From NCBI GenBank assembly GCA_039589315.1, contig JBDHHQ010000040.1, positions 1 through 64,000 on the forward strand: 64,000 nucleotides of DNA, given 5' to 3'. The notes under the pieces were generated by a model, which had not been told where the DNA came from, searched no databases, and saw nothing but the letters and a program-made list of their open reading frames with translations. Positions 18,081 to 27,301 of this stretch are shown one piece after another (positions within the stretch are counted from its first letter, which is position 1; each line of letters starts with the position of its first letter). Source of the stretch: Gemmatimonadota bacterium (lineage in GTDB: Bacteria; Gemmatimonadota; Gemmatimonadetes; Longimicrobiales; Gaopeijiaceae). A program made the translations under genes and the position numbers.

Positions 18081-19550
18081 TCAGGAAGCGGAGCTCTCCA
18101 CGAGCGCCTCGGCCTCGACTTCTACCAGGTAGCCGTCCCCGATGATACCGGCCCGGACCAGGGTGTTCGCCGGCTGAATCTGGCCGAACCGTTCGCCGTG
18201 GGCGCGGGTGACGGGTTCCCAGTGCTCCTCACTCGCGATGAACACTCGGGTACGGACCACGTCGTCCAGACGCCCACCCAGGGAAAGCAGGGCGCCCTCG
18301 ATCTTGTCGATCACGAAGTGGAATTGAGCCGCCGGGTCGTCCCCACCGATGGCCCGGTCCCCGTGGGTGGCCGTCGTCCCGGACACCACGACGCGGTCCC
18401 CGACCCGCACAGCGCGACTGAAGCCCGCTAGGGACTCCCACACCGTACCCGTGAGGACCCTCCGGCGGGCGCCAGGACCGTCGATGGCCTCGAACGGTGG
18501 TGGGAACTCGTCGAAGTGGTGGCTGAGGTCGCCGGACGCCGTGAGAAAGGGCGGCTTCCGGTACTCGTCTCCGGAGTCCCCGGGAATCGGGTCGAGATCC
18601 GCTATGGCAAGGGCGATGGCGGCGTTGTCTTCGTCATCCAGCGTCAGGTCGAACAGCCGAAGGTTGTCCACCACGTGTTCGCTGCGGCCCAGGCGAGCCC
18701 CGATGATGATGCCGCCGACAGCGGGTCGGTCCAGGATGTGCCGGCACGCCACGTTGGCCATGGATACGCCGTGTTTCGCCGCGACGGCATGCACGGCCTG
18801 CAGCACTGGACCCAACCGTTCCCAACCGCCCGCGGCCCGGATGAAGCGCCCGTACTTCATCTGCGACCAGGTCTCCAGGTGGTCCCACTCGGGCGCTGGG
18901 GCCTCGAGCCAGCGTTCGGTCAGGAAGCCACCCGCGACCGTGCCGTAGGCCAGCAGCTTCACCCCGTGCTCCAGGCACAGCTCGGTCATGCCCAGGCTCG
19001 GCCGCTGGTCCACGAGGGAATAGCAGACCTGGTTCGACACGATCGGGATGCCGCTGTGCAGCACGACACGGAGGTGGGCCGTATCGAAGTTGGTGAGCCC
19101 GAGGTGAGCGATCACGCCCTCCTCGTGGAGCTCGTGCAGCCAAAACAGGCAGTCGAGCCATCCGGGATCCGCATAGGACCACGCGTGGAACTGGAGCAGG
19201 TCCAGCCGCTCGGCCTTGAGCCGGTCCAACGAGACCTGCACGGCGGCCCGGACGTCGTCGCGGCTCGAGCGACCCGGTCGGGGAACCCACTTGGTCAGGA
19301 GCTGGACGGCCTCACCCCCTGGCTGATGCTCCCGGAAGGCTCCGGCGATGTCTTCGGCAGAGCCGTAGTGATCGGCCATGTCGAAGGTCGTGAGACCGGC
19401 GTCGACGTAGGGTCGCATGGCCTGGGCCGCATGGCGCACGTCCAGGCGACGCCCGTCCCGCTCCAGATCGGCGACTTGCCACAGGCCCGTCAGCACCCGG
19501 GAGATGGTGAATCCGGGGGCCAGCTCACAGCGCTCTACGAGTGGAGCCAC
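18081..19550 (-). CDS. Aldo/keto reductase fused to a C-terminal RidA/YjgF domain
   Basis: GLWQ, FDMADHYG, TKW, DLLQFH, LGLTNFD; then WE..AGFSRAVRVG.RVVVSGTT...DVVRTR...LVEVEAEA. Confidence 0.9.
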   Translation of the reverse strand: MAPLVERCELAPGFTISRVLTGLWQVADLERDGRRLDVRHAAQAMRPYVDAGLTTFDMADHYGSAEDIAGAFREHQPGGEAVQLLTKWVPRPGRSSRDDVRAAVQVSLDRLKAERLDLLQFHAWSYADPGWLDCLFWLHELHEEGVIAHLGLTNFDTAHLRVVLHSGIPIVSNQVCYSLVDQRPSLGMTELCLEHGVKLLAYGTVAGGFLTERWLEAPAPEWDHLETWSQMKYGRFIRAAGGWERLGPVLQAVHAVAAKHGVSMANVACRHILDRPAVGGIIIGARLGRSEHVVDNLRLFDLTLDDEDNAAIALAIADLDPIPGDSGDEYRKPPFLTASGDLSHHFDEFPPPFEAIDGPGARRRVLTGTVWESLAGFSRAVRVGDRVVVSGTTATHGDRAIGGDDPAAQFHFVIDKIEGALLSLGGRLDDVVRTRVFIASEEHWEPVTRAHGERFGQIQPANTLVRAGIIGDGYLVEVEAEALVESSAS

Positions 19551-19587
19551 GTCGTTGCCTTTCGATGAAGCGAGGGATGGCGTCCCG

Positions 19588-20109
19588 CTACGGGCGTGCG
19601 TAGGACCGGTTCAGTGCCGAGATGGCGGCCAGGTGGTGGTCGTCGTGCTCTGCCACGAAGAAGAAGAGATCGACGATCGACATGGGCTGCCTCAGCCGAG
19701 GGTGCAAGGCGGTGCGCGACAGGTCGGTGCGCGGCAGCTCCTCGAGTCGGCGGACCACCGGCTCGCGGGCCGCGCGGAAGCCCGCCAGGAGCTGGGCCAT
19801 GGTCTTCTCGTCGTGCCCGGCTGCGTGGGTCTTCCGGTTCTGCAGGTCTGCGGGGCGGAGCTCCTGGACCCCCTCGAGCAGGTCGTCCAGACGACCTGCC
19901 CAAAGTGGCTCCAGGTCCAGGAGGTGTCCCACGTTCTCCTGGATCGACCACGCGTCGCCCTGGCGCCCCGTGTACCTCGCCGCGGGGACCAGGGCGATGC
20001 GCTCGTCCAGCCTGGCGGGCGTCCCCCGGACGCGCTCCACGATCTCCGGGAACGCCTCGGGGGGAAGCCCGAGCGCGAAGCGTCTCTCGAACCATAACCG
20101 TCGTGTCAT
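19588..20109 (-). CDS. DinB family protein (YfiT-like)
   Basis: WSIQENVGHL, HPRL, AEHDDHHL. Confidence 0.88.
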   Translation of the reverse strand: MTRRLWFERRFALGLPPEAFPEIVERVRGTPARLDERIALVPAARYTGRQGDAWSIQENVGHLLDLEPLWAGRLDDLLEGVQELRPADLQNRKTHAAGHDEKTMAQLLAGFRAAREPVVRRLEELPRTDLSRTALHPRLRQPMSIVDLFFFVAEHDDHHLAAISALNRSYARP

Positions 20110-20430
20110 GTCAGGCCCCCTCCCAGCGGCATGTGGTCCGGCCGCTTATTGCGCCTGGCGGCGGCGGGCCGAAGCCCGGCAACGGCTCCGAGGCGGTCTT
20201 CCTCGTACCGGGGGCAAGCTGCTCGGCTGGAGTGGCCCGGGGCAAGCCGGGCGACTCGCTGGTGCGGCGTCGCGGAGGCTCCGGCCGCCCGACCCCCGGG
20301 GTCACGCCGGGGCCCACGTGGAACGACGAGGAACGGACGGGGCTACGCCTGGGAGCCCACCGGCCAGCCCGGAGATTCGCCGTGCCGACCACTTCCCGCG
20401 CACTTTGGATACAGGAAGCGAAGGGGGGTC

Positions 20431-20934
20431 ATGCAAGCTGTCAAAGGGGATCCTGGTGCCGCCGGCCCGGGTCGCTGCCGCAGCTGCGGTGCGGAGCCGT
20501 TCGGCACCTACCAGAGCTGCCAGGACCTGTGGGAGACCTTGCTCGCCAAGTCGTTCTCGGAGCTGGCCTATGGCCGGTTCCACCGACTGCTGGTGGACCT
20601 CTACTCCCTCCAGCATCCCGACACGTTCTGCCGGTCCGCCAAGTCCTATGCCGCCCACCTGACCGGGCTGTGCGTGACCCAGGAGCACGCCGGCGATCCC
20701 CAGCTCAACGCAGCCGTCCAGAGGTGGCTCGGCGGCCGCAGGGACGACCTGACGAAGCCCGGCGTCCCTTCGGCGCGCGGAGCGTTGGACCTGACCCACG
20801 TCCTCAGGGCGACGGACGCCGCTGACGTGGCCCGGCGTGTGGCCGCGTGGTCCGACGACGTGTGGGTGGCGTACCTCCCCGTGCAAGGCGTCGCCCGTCA
20901 GTGGATCGCGCTGGCCACCGGGTCGGGACGGTAG
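20431..20934 (+). CDS. DUF5946-like protein
   Basis: CxxC, HRLLVDLYSLQHP, AHL.GLC, W...VW..Y. Confidence 0.75.
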   Translation: MQAVKGDPGAAGPGRCRSCGAEPFGTYQSCQDLWETLLAKSFSELAYGRFHRLLVDLYSLQHPDTFCRSAKSYAAHLTGLCVTQEHAGDPQLNAAVQRWLGGRRDDLTKPGVPSARGALDLTHVLRATDAADVARRVAAWSDDVWVAYLPVQGVARQWIALATGSGR

Positions 20935-21000
20935 GACGGCAGGCGGAGGCCGGGCCCCGCCTCGGCCGCATGCGCTCGCCGGACGCCACACGACGTGACT

Positions 21001-22212
21001 TCACTGGCGCCATCCCTTCGGCAGATCCATGCGCTCCGCGTCGAGGAACTGCCGGAGGCTCTCCAGCGACTCGGCGAGCCCTCGCCGGAAATCCGTGCCT
21101 CCCTCGAAGCCGTCCTCGAGGTAGATCGCCTTGATCTCCAGCAGCCCCCGGTCTCTGTGCAGCTTGGGATCGAGCCGGCCCACCAGTCGACCCTCGTGCA
21201 GGATCGGCATCACGTAGTAGCCGAACTGCCGCTTCGCCGCCGCCACGTAGATCTCGACGCGGTACGCGAAGCCCAGGAGCTCCTCCGCCCGCTTCCGCTG
21301 CCAGAGGAGGGAGTCGAAGGGGCAGACGAGCGTCGTGCCCTGCGGTGCCGGCAGCTCCTCGATCATCTCGAGGTGCTCCGGAAGCACGAAGAACGAGCCA
21401 CGCCGATCCTGCACGCGCACCTCCACGATCCTCCCCTTCGCGAGGTGTCGACGGATTATGCGCTTCCGCTCGGCGGCTACCGGTGAGGGCCCGGTGACGT
21501 AGTTCGTCAGGTGACGCTCGCTGGCCACGCCGTTCCCCGACAGGCCCACCCGGAGCCAGCTGTCCTCGAACTCGGTCGGGCTGGCCACGGGACCCTCGGG
21601 GTATACGCGCTCGGCCAAATCGTACACACAGCGGAAGTGACGGCGACGGCGCACGGCCACTCGGCCGTCGTGCCACAGGAGCTTGAGCGACCTGGTGTCC
21701 TCCTTCGGCATCGGCATGCCCCACGGCGAGACGTCAGGGGATTCAGTCGCCCGCCTCTCGAAGTCGGAGCTCTCGAGCGGACCCTCGGCCCGCAGGCGAC
21801 GGAGCACGCGGCGCTTGGAAGCGGTGGACGTCGCGTAGCTGGGCCACCACGACCGCTCCCGCAATCTGGGCGGAGGAAAGCGCCTCATACGACGGCGGCC
21901 GAGGGGCAAGTGGGAGATAGGCAGGATGGAGGCCTCGTGTCCCCAGTACTCGTAGGCGGTGCGCTCCCGGTACACCCACCGGTCCACATGCCCTTTCGTG
22001 TACGGCCCGAAACGACTCCAGAGGGTCAGGTAGTGGGCGCGGTCCAACACGTTCACCGAGTCCAGCTGCAGCGCGCCGGTCCGCTCCAGGTGGCCCACGA
22101 GAGTGCGCTTGTCCAGTGGAACCGATCCCCGAGGCGCCGACAGGCCCTGCCGGTGGAGCCAGAGCCGGATCACCTGTTCCAGCGGAACGACGGGAAGCGG
22201 GCGCGGGGTCAT
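21001..22212 (-). CDS. YcaQ/AlkZ-family (HTH_42) interstrand-crosslink DNA glycosylase
   Basis: LQLDSVNVL.RAHYLTLWSR (Q-phi-D motif), EYWGHEAS, PFDSLLWQR, YRVEIY...KRQFGYY. Confidence 0.88.
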   Translation of the reverse strand: MTPRPLPVVPLEQVIRLWLHRQGLSAPRGSVPLDKRTLVGHLERTGALQLDSVNVLDRAHYLTLWSRFGPYTKGHVDRWVYRERTAYEYWGHEASILPISHLPLGRRRMRRFPPPRLRERSWWPSYATSTASKRRVLRRLRAEGPLESSDFERRATESPDVSPWGMPMPKEDTRSLKLLWHDGRVAVRRRRHFRCVYDLAERVYPEGPVASPTEFEDSWLRVGLSGNGVASERHLTNYVTGPSPVAAERKRIIRRHLAKGRIVEVRVQDRRGSFFVLPEHLEMIEELPAPQGTTLVCPFDSLLWQRKRAEELLGFAYRVEIYVAAAKRQFGYYVMPILHEGRLVGRLDPKLHRDRGLLEIKAIYLEDGFEGGTDFRRGLAESLESLRQFLDAERMDLPKGWRQ

Positions 22213-22231
22213 GCCGAATGCGCGTCTGCCC

Positions 22232-22759
22232 TCAGCCCATGTCCGGCTCGTCGGCGGTGGGGCCATAGGTCTGGGGCAACGGGACATCCAACATGCGCAG
22301 GTACCCGCCGAGCTGCGCCCGGTGGTGCACCAGGTGGCTGATGCAGAAGACCCGCATGGCCATGCCCCGCGGCATCGTGAAAAACACGGTGTCACCCTCC
22401 CTCAACGTCCAGTCGAGCAGGAGGTCACGGGCCGTGATGTCGTCCAACGCTCGAGCGACGACGGCCGCCTGCTCGTCGAAGAGCGCCAGCAGCTCGTCCA
22501 GCGTTGGGGGGATCTGCCGTTCGTCCGGCAGCGACGCCATGTCGAATTCGGTCTGCCGCAGCGTCACGGTCATCCAGAACAAAAGGTTGACCACGTGTGC
22601 CGAGAGCTCGTGGAGTGACATCGACTTGGGGTGAGGCTTCCAGTCGAAGCGGTCTTCCGGCAACCTCTCGAGAGTTCGCCGCGTGCGGTCCAACTCGCCG
22701 GGCAGATCGCCCATGGCCAGCCGTTTGACCGTCTCGTTGTCGAACGTGAGCGTGTTCAT
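22232..22759 (-). CDS. DinB family protein
   Basis: WKPHPKSM, SHLVHHRAQL..YLR.LDVP.P..YGPTADE. Confidence 0.9.
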   Translation of the reverse strand: MNTLTFDNETVKRLAMGDLPGELDRTRRTLERLPEDRFDWKPHPKSMSLHELSAHVVNLLFWMTVTLRQTEFDMASLPDERQIPPTLDELLALFDEQAAVVARALDDITARDLLLDWTLREGDTVFFTMPRGMAMRVFCISHLVHHRAQLGGYLRMLDVPLPQTYGPTADEPDMG

Positions 22760-22765
22760 GGGTCC

Positions 22766-23764
22766 TCAAGGATCGTCGTTGGAGTGGTCTCGGAGGAAGT
22801 CGCCGACGAGGCCCAGGAAGGCCTCGGGTCGCTCCACGAAGGCGAAGTGACCCGCTTCGGGGATCCGGACCAGCGTGGCGTTCGCGATCCCGTCGACCAG
22901 GACATCCCCGCTGATGCTCGCGCCGGGCTCGACGTCTCCATAGACGATCAGCGTCGGCGCTTCGATCCGCATCAACTGATCGGTGAGGTCGAAGCCCATG
23001 AGGTCGGGCATCATGTAACCGAACTGGCGGCTGCGGGCCTTGTAGTCCTCGGGCACGAACAGCGTCAACCGGTCGGCGAGAGAGCGGTCGTGGAACTGAC
23101 TGCGGTACGTCGCCATGAGGGCCTCGCGGATCGCGCCCGGCTCGCCCCGGGCGAAGGCGTCGGACGAACGGGCCTGGGCCATGGCGGCGCTATCGGCCGC
23201 CGTGATCCGCTCAGCCACCCAACGCTGTTCCTCCTGCCAGAGCGCCGCGTTCGGGGGCATGGGTGATACCAGCACCAGGGAGCGTAGCCCATCCGGGTAG
23301 CGGAGCGCGTAGTTCAGGGCCAGGAGCCCGCCCCAGGAGTGAGCGAGTAGATGAACCCGCCCGAGACCCAGCTCCCGCCGGAGGGCCTCGATGTCGTCGG
23401 CGAAGGCCTGGATCCGGACCGACGCGCTGTCGACCCGCCCCGCCGACCGGCCACTGAGGCGCTGGTCGTAGAGAACGAGCTCGTGGCCGGCGGCCAACGG
23501 CTCCACGTGTGGAAGGAGGTACCCGTGATCCAGAACGGGGCCGCCGTGGACCACGATCACGGGATCGCCCGTACCCATGCGGCGCACGAAGATCTCGGTC
23601 CCGCCCACGGCCACGAGCTCGCCTGCGGCGGCCGGCGGATCGGGGTGGTCTTCCGAATCGGTGCCGTCGCCGCGGCTTGGGTCAGCGCCGCACGCGAGGC
23701 AGACGAACACGGCCCCGCCGAGAAAGACGGTCAAAACGAGGCTGAAGCGCGTCGGGGCGGTCAT
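22766..23764 (-). CDS. Alpha/beta hydrolase (proline iminopeptidase-like), probable lipoprotein
   Basis: Lipobox CLAC; HGGP, YDQR, HSWGG, GHF. Confidence 0.88.
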   Translation of the reverse strand: MTAPTRFSLVLTVFLGGAVFVCLACGADPSRGDGTDSEDHPDPPAAAGELVAVGGTEIFVRRMGTGDPVIVVHGGPVLDHGYLLPHVEPLAAGHELVLYDQRLSGRSAGRVDSASVRIQAFADDIEALRRELGLGRVHLLAHSWGGLLALNYALRYPDGLRSLVLVSPMPPNAALWQEEQRWVAERITAADSAAMAQARSSDAFARGEPGAIREALMATYRSQFHDRSLADRLTLFVPEDYKARSRQFGYMMPDLMGFDLTDQLMRIEAPTLIVYGDVEPGASISGDVLVDGIANATLVRIPEAGHFAFVERPEAFLGLVGDFLRDHSNDDP

Positions 23765-25035
23765 TCCCCCTCCTGGCCCACGTAGCTGAACTCCTCGGGA
23801 AACGTCACCGCCTCACTCCACCAGGCCCGGGCCTCCGCCGCCTCCATCCTCCCGAAGTCCGGCGCGGCCCAAACGAACGCCTGCTCCATCTGGCGCCCGA
23901 GCCTGGTGAGACGCTGACCGGTGCGGGTCTGCACGTGGCTCCATCCCGACAGAGCCCGGTCCAGGTCCTCGCCCCCCGCCAGGGCCCGGGCCAGGTTCGT
24001 GGCGTTGTTGGTGGCCTTGAACACGCCGCTGCCGGTGAATGGCTGGGCCACGGACCCCGCGTCCCCCAGCAAGCAGCACCGCTGCTCGGCGTAGGCGGGC
24101 ACGGTCACGGTGTAGATCGGCTGGGCGAAGGTACTGGCGCTTCCCGCGACGACCTCGGCGAAGTACGGCGGCAGGTGCTGCCTCATGAGGCCCTTGAGCC
24201 GAGCCTCCTCCTCCAGGCGCATCGTACCGGGGGGCAAGGAGCTCTCGTGCCGCTGACCGCTGCGGTCCGTCAGGAACCGGTCGAGATCCTGGTCCGGCAC
24301 GGGCACGTAGCAGGCCCAGTTGACCCACCGCTCCCCCTTGGCCGTCGAGCCGGAGCTCCCCGGCACGAAATAGAACACCGCGTTGCCGGGAAGCCCCTGG
24401 TAGTGGATGCGGTAGAGGGCGTCCTCCAACGGGTCGCTGTCGGCGAGGTCCCGCTCCTCGAGCACCCCCCGCCAGAGCACGTAGCCCCGGTAGCTCAACG
24501 CGGCGTCGGGAAAGAGCATGCGGCGTCCGAACGACTGGTATCCGTCGGCGAAGACGACCAGGTCGGCCCCGTAGCGGCTGCCGTCGTCGAGCTCCAGAGC
24601 TCGGCGGTCGCCCTCGAAGGCCAGGCCCACCACGCCGGCTCCCGAGCGATACACGTGGTCTGGCACGCGCTTGCGCAGATTGCGGAACAGATCTCCCCAG
24701 TTGACCAGGGCCATGTCCAGGGGAAGAGCGAGCGCCGTGTGACCCGTGGGCCCGCTGGCGTCCGAGCGGCCGACGAACGGATGGCGGGACACCGTCGAAC
24801 GGGGCATGTCGGCGTCGACGAGGTCCCGCTCCACCAGGAGGTCGAAGGTGGAGGTGGGCGTGCCGATCCCGGCGCCACGCCCGACGAGCGTCCCGCGGGA
24901 TCGCTCGAACACCACCACGTCGCACCCGAGTCGGGACAGCTCGATGGCCGCGGCGCACCCGGCGATCGACCCACCGACGATTCCCACCCGGAGTCGGCCT
25001 TCCTCCCTCTGCCCGCCGTCGGACGTCGTTGCCAC
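23761..25035 (-). CDS. FAD-dependent monooxygenase (2,6-dihydroxypyridine hydroxylase-like)
   Basis: VGGSIAG, ADG..S, Y.GYV.WRG, LLGDA...QP.TG.G..KA. Confidence 0.85.
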   Translation of the reverse strand: MATTSDGGQREEGRLRVGIVGGSIAGCAAAIELSRLGCDVVVFERSRGTLVGRGAGIGTPTSTFDLLVERDLVDADMPRSTVSRHPFVGRSDASGPTGHTALALPLDMALVNWGDLFRNLRKRVPDHVYRSGAGVVGLAFEGDRRALELDDGSRYGADLVVFADGYQSFGRRMLFPDAALSYRGYVLWRGVLEERDLADSDPLEDALYRIHYQGLPGNAVFYFVPGSSGSTAKGERWVNWACYVPVPDQDLDRFLTDRSGQRHESSLPPGTMRLEEEARLKGLMRQHLPPYFAEVVAGSASTFAQPIYTVTVPAYAEQRCCLLGDAGSVAQPFTGSGVFKATNNATNLARALAGGEDLDRALSGWSHVQTRTGQRLTRLGRQMEQAFVWAAPDFGRMEAAEARAWWSEAVTFPEEFSYVGQEGE

Positions 25036-25285
25036 TTTCCCTGCTGCCTCCGGAGATGCGTCCGCTGCCTTCCGCCTCGATCACGCGGAAGGCACGTGAT
25101 CAACCTGGGTGGTGCCTGGCGCGCACCGCAACCTGCTTCAGGGGGACCCGGACCGCATCGGCGTCGCACGAGCCGACGGGTGGAACCGCGACAGCCCCTC
25201 CAGTCGTTATGCGGACGTACGGCGCCTGTAGATCCAGGCCGAGGAGGCGTGGGTGCTCCGTGGGTGTAACGGCCTCTGGTGGCCG

Positions 25286-25316
25286 ATCGTTTAAAGGTTT
25301 AAGAATCGTTGAACGC
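25286..25316. promoter_or_regulatory. AT-rich promoter/operator upstream of the cytochrome-YceI-DUF5777 operon
   Basis: Imperfect inverted repeat CGTTTAA(25288)...TTGAACG(25309); direct repeats ATCGTTTAA/ATCGTTGAA. Confidence 0.4.
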
Positions 25317-25350
25317 GTGTTTTCCTGAATCACCCTGCGGAGAGGGGCAC

Positions 25351-25794
25351 ATGACCGGAAGATCCCCCCACGTGCTCGGCGCCCTGGCCCTGACGGTGCT
25401 GGTGGGCTGTTCGAGCGACAGCACGACCAATCCGAACGGTCCACCCGGCAATGGAGGTAGGGAGATCAAGGCCAGTCCCTCGTTCGCGCAGGACATTCAG
25501 GAGATCTTCAATCGAATCGGCTGTAACAGCTCCAGCTGCCACGGGGCTACCCCGGCGGGGGGATTGGACCTTCGGAGCGGAAACTCCCATGCAGCGCTGG
25601 TGGGCGTACGATCCACCAATGAACCCAGCCAGACACGGGTCATCGCCGGTAACGCCCAGGGCAGCTACCTGGTGATCAAACTGGAAGGCCGCCAACAAGT
25701 GGGCACGCAGATGCCCCAGGGCCGCGGAACACTCGACAACATCGACCTGACCAACATCCGTAACTGGATCGATCAGGGCGCGGCAAACGACTGA
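25351..25794 (+). CDS. Lipoprotein with a planctomycete-cytochrome-c-like domain (CX4CH)
   Basis: Lipobox LVGC; SF..DIQ.IF...CNSSSCH...GGLDL...S.L..KL...QMP...IR.WI.QGA. Confidence 0.8.
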   Translation: MTGRSPHVLGALALTVLVGCSSDSTTNPNGPPGNGGREIKASPSFAQDIQEIFNRIGCNSSSCHGATPAGGLDLRSGNSHAALVGVRSTNEPSQTRVIAGNAQGSYLVIKLEGRQQVGTQMPQGRGTLDNIDLTNIRNWIDQGAAND

Positions 25795-25797
25795 GGG

Positions 25798-26421
25798 GTG
25801 GGTAGTCGTCCGCGTTCGGCCCTGCGAGGCCGGGTCCACCGCTTCGGTGCCGGCGTGGCGCTTTCGGCGTTCCCTGCCCTCCTGGGTGCCCAGGAGTATC
25901 ACGTGGACCGAGACCACGACAATCTGGTCCGGTTCATCTCCCAGGCTCCCATCGAGGACTTCGACGGCGTGACGGACCGGATCGACGGCTACGTCATCAT
26001 CGACGGGCCTCGGTTCGAGTCGTCCTCGGGAGGGCCGGATACGGAGTTCTACCTGGAGGTCGAGCTCGCCAGCCTCGACACCGGGATCGGACTCCGCAAT
26101 CGGCACATGCGGGACAACTACCTCGAGGTCGAGGAGTACCCCTACGCGACGTTCGGCGGATCGATCGAGCAGGTCTCCCCGCGAGACGACGGTACGATGG
26201 AGGTCGTCGCCGTCGGGACGCTCGGCATCCACGGCCGCGAGCAGGAGCGCACCGTTCCGTGCACGGCAGAGCCTCTGGGAGACGGGTACCGAATCCGGTG
26301 CGGCTTTCAGGTGCTCCTTTCCGATTTCGAGATCGACATCCCGCAGGTCATGTTCCTGAAGCTCGGAAACGAGATCGAGCTGGAGCTGGACTTTGCGCTT
26401 CAACCGGCCCAGGCCCCGTGA
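25798..26421 (+). CDS. YceI family protein
   Basis: SLDTGIGLRNRHM, YP..TF, GTLGIHG. Confidence 0.88.
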   Translation: MGSRPRSALRGRVHRFGAGVALSAFPALLGAQEYHVDRDHDNLVRFISQAPIEDFDGVTDRIDGYVIIDGPRFESSSGGPDTEFYLEVELASLDTGIGLRNRHMRDNYLEVEEYPYATFGGSIEQVSPRDDGTMEVVAVGTLGIHGREQERTVPCTAEPLGDGYRIRCGFQVLLSDFEIDIPQVMFLKLGNEIELELDFALQPAQAP

Positions 26422-26431
26422 GGAGGTCAGG

Positions 26432-27301
26432 ATGAGAGCCCGTCTGAGTGTGCTGCTGTGCCTCGCCGTCCTCTTTCATCCGCGCCTCGCCTCGGGTCAG
26501 GAGGAGGAGCGGAGCGTGCGGTGGCGCCGGAGCGACGACGGAGCCACGGTCCCGGTCACCGTCTTCCACTCGGTTCAGTCGGCCAACTTGCCCACCGCGG
26601 AGACCCTTCGGCAGGGCGAGTTCCAATTCGAGATCTCGCACCGCTTCCAGCCGCCGCTGTCCACGGGAGCGGAGACCCTCTGGGGACTGGATGGCCCGGT
26701 CTACAACCGTCTGGGGTTGGCATACGCCTTCCACGACCGGGTCCTGACCACGTTCCAGCGCAGCAACCTCGACGACAACTGGGACCTGAACGTCAAGGTG
26801 CGGGTGGCGGAGGGCGGCCGAGACGGCGTTCCCTGGATGATCGGTCTCCTGGGCGGTGCCGCCGTGAACACGGAGGTCCCGGACAGAAGCGCCTTCGACT
26901 CGCGGAACTGGCAGTACTACGCCCAAGGCATCCTGAACGCGCTGCTCTGGCGGCGGTTCGCGGTCGGTGTCGTACCGTCGTACGTGCACAACCCGCGCAT
27001 CACGTCGCCCGAGGCGGAGGACGGCTTCTACCTGGGCCTCAACGGCCAGGTCTACATGGGCTCCCAGTGGAGCATCCTCGCGGAATGGACCATCAGCGAG
27101 GCCGTGGAGGACTTCGAGCACGATGCGGGGACCATCGGCATCGAGCTCGAGACGGGCGGGCACTTCTTCAAGATCTTCGTTACCAACTCGGCACGGCTGA
27201 ACCCCGGCCAGTACCTGCCCGGCACGCGCTACCGCTTCGAGCCCGACGAGTGGCGCCTCGGCTTCAACATCACGCGCTTGCTGAGGTTCTGGGGCGGTTA
27301 G
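26432..27301 (+). CDS. DUF5777-family outer-membrane beta-barrel
   Basis: Signal peptide; F.ISHRF, LWGLDG, GIELETGGHFF...TNS, LGFNITR. Confidence 0.82.
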   Translation: MRARLSVLLCLAVLFHPRLASGQEEERSVRWRRSDDGATVPVTVFHSVQSANLPTAETLRQGEFQFEISHRFQPPLSTGAETLWGLDGPVYNRLGLAYAFHDRVLTTFQRSNLDDNWDLNVKVRVAEGGRDGVPWMIGLLGGAAVNTEVPDRSAFDSRNWQYYAQGILNALLWRRFAVGVVPSYVHNPRITSPEAEDGFYLGLNGQVYMGSQWSILAEWTISEAVEDFEHDAGTIGIELETGGHFFKIFVTNSARLNPGQYLPGTRYRFEPDEWRLGFNITRLLRFWGG

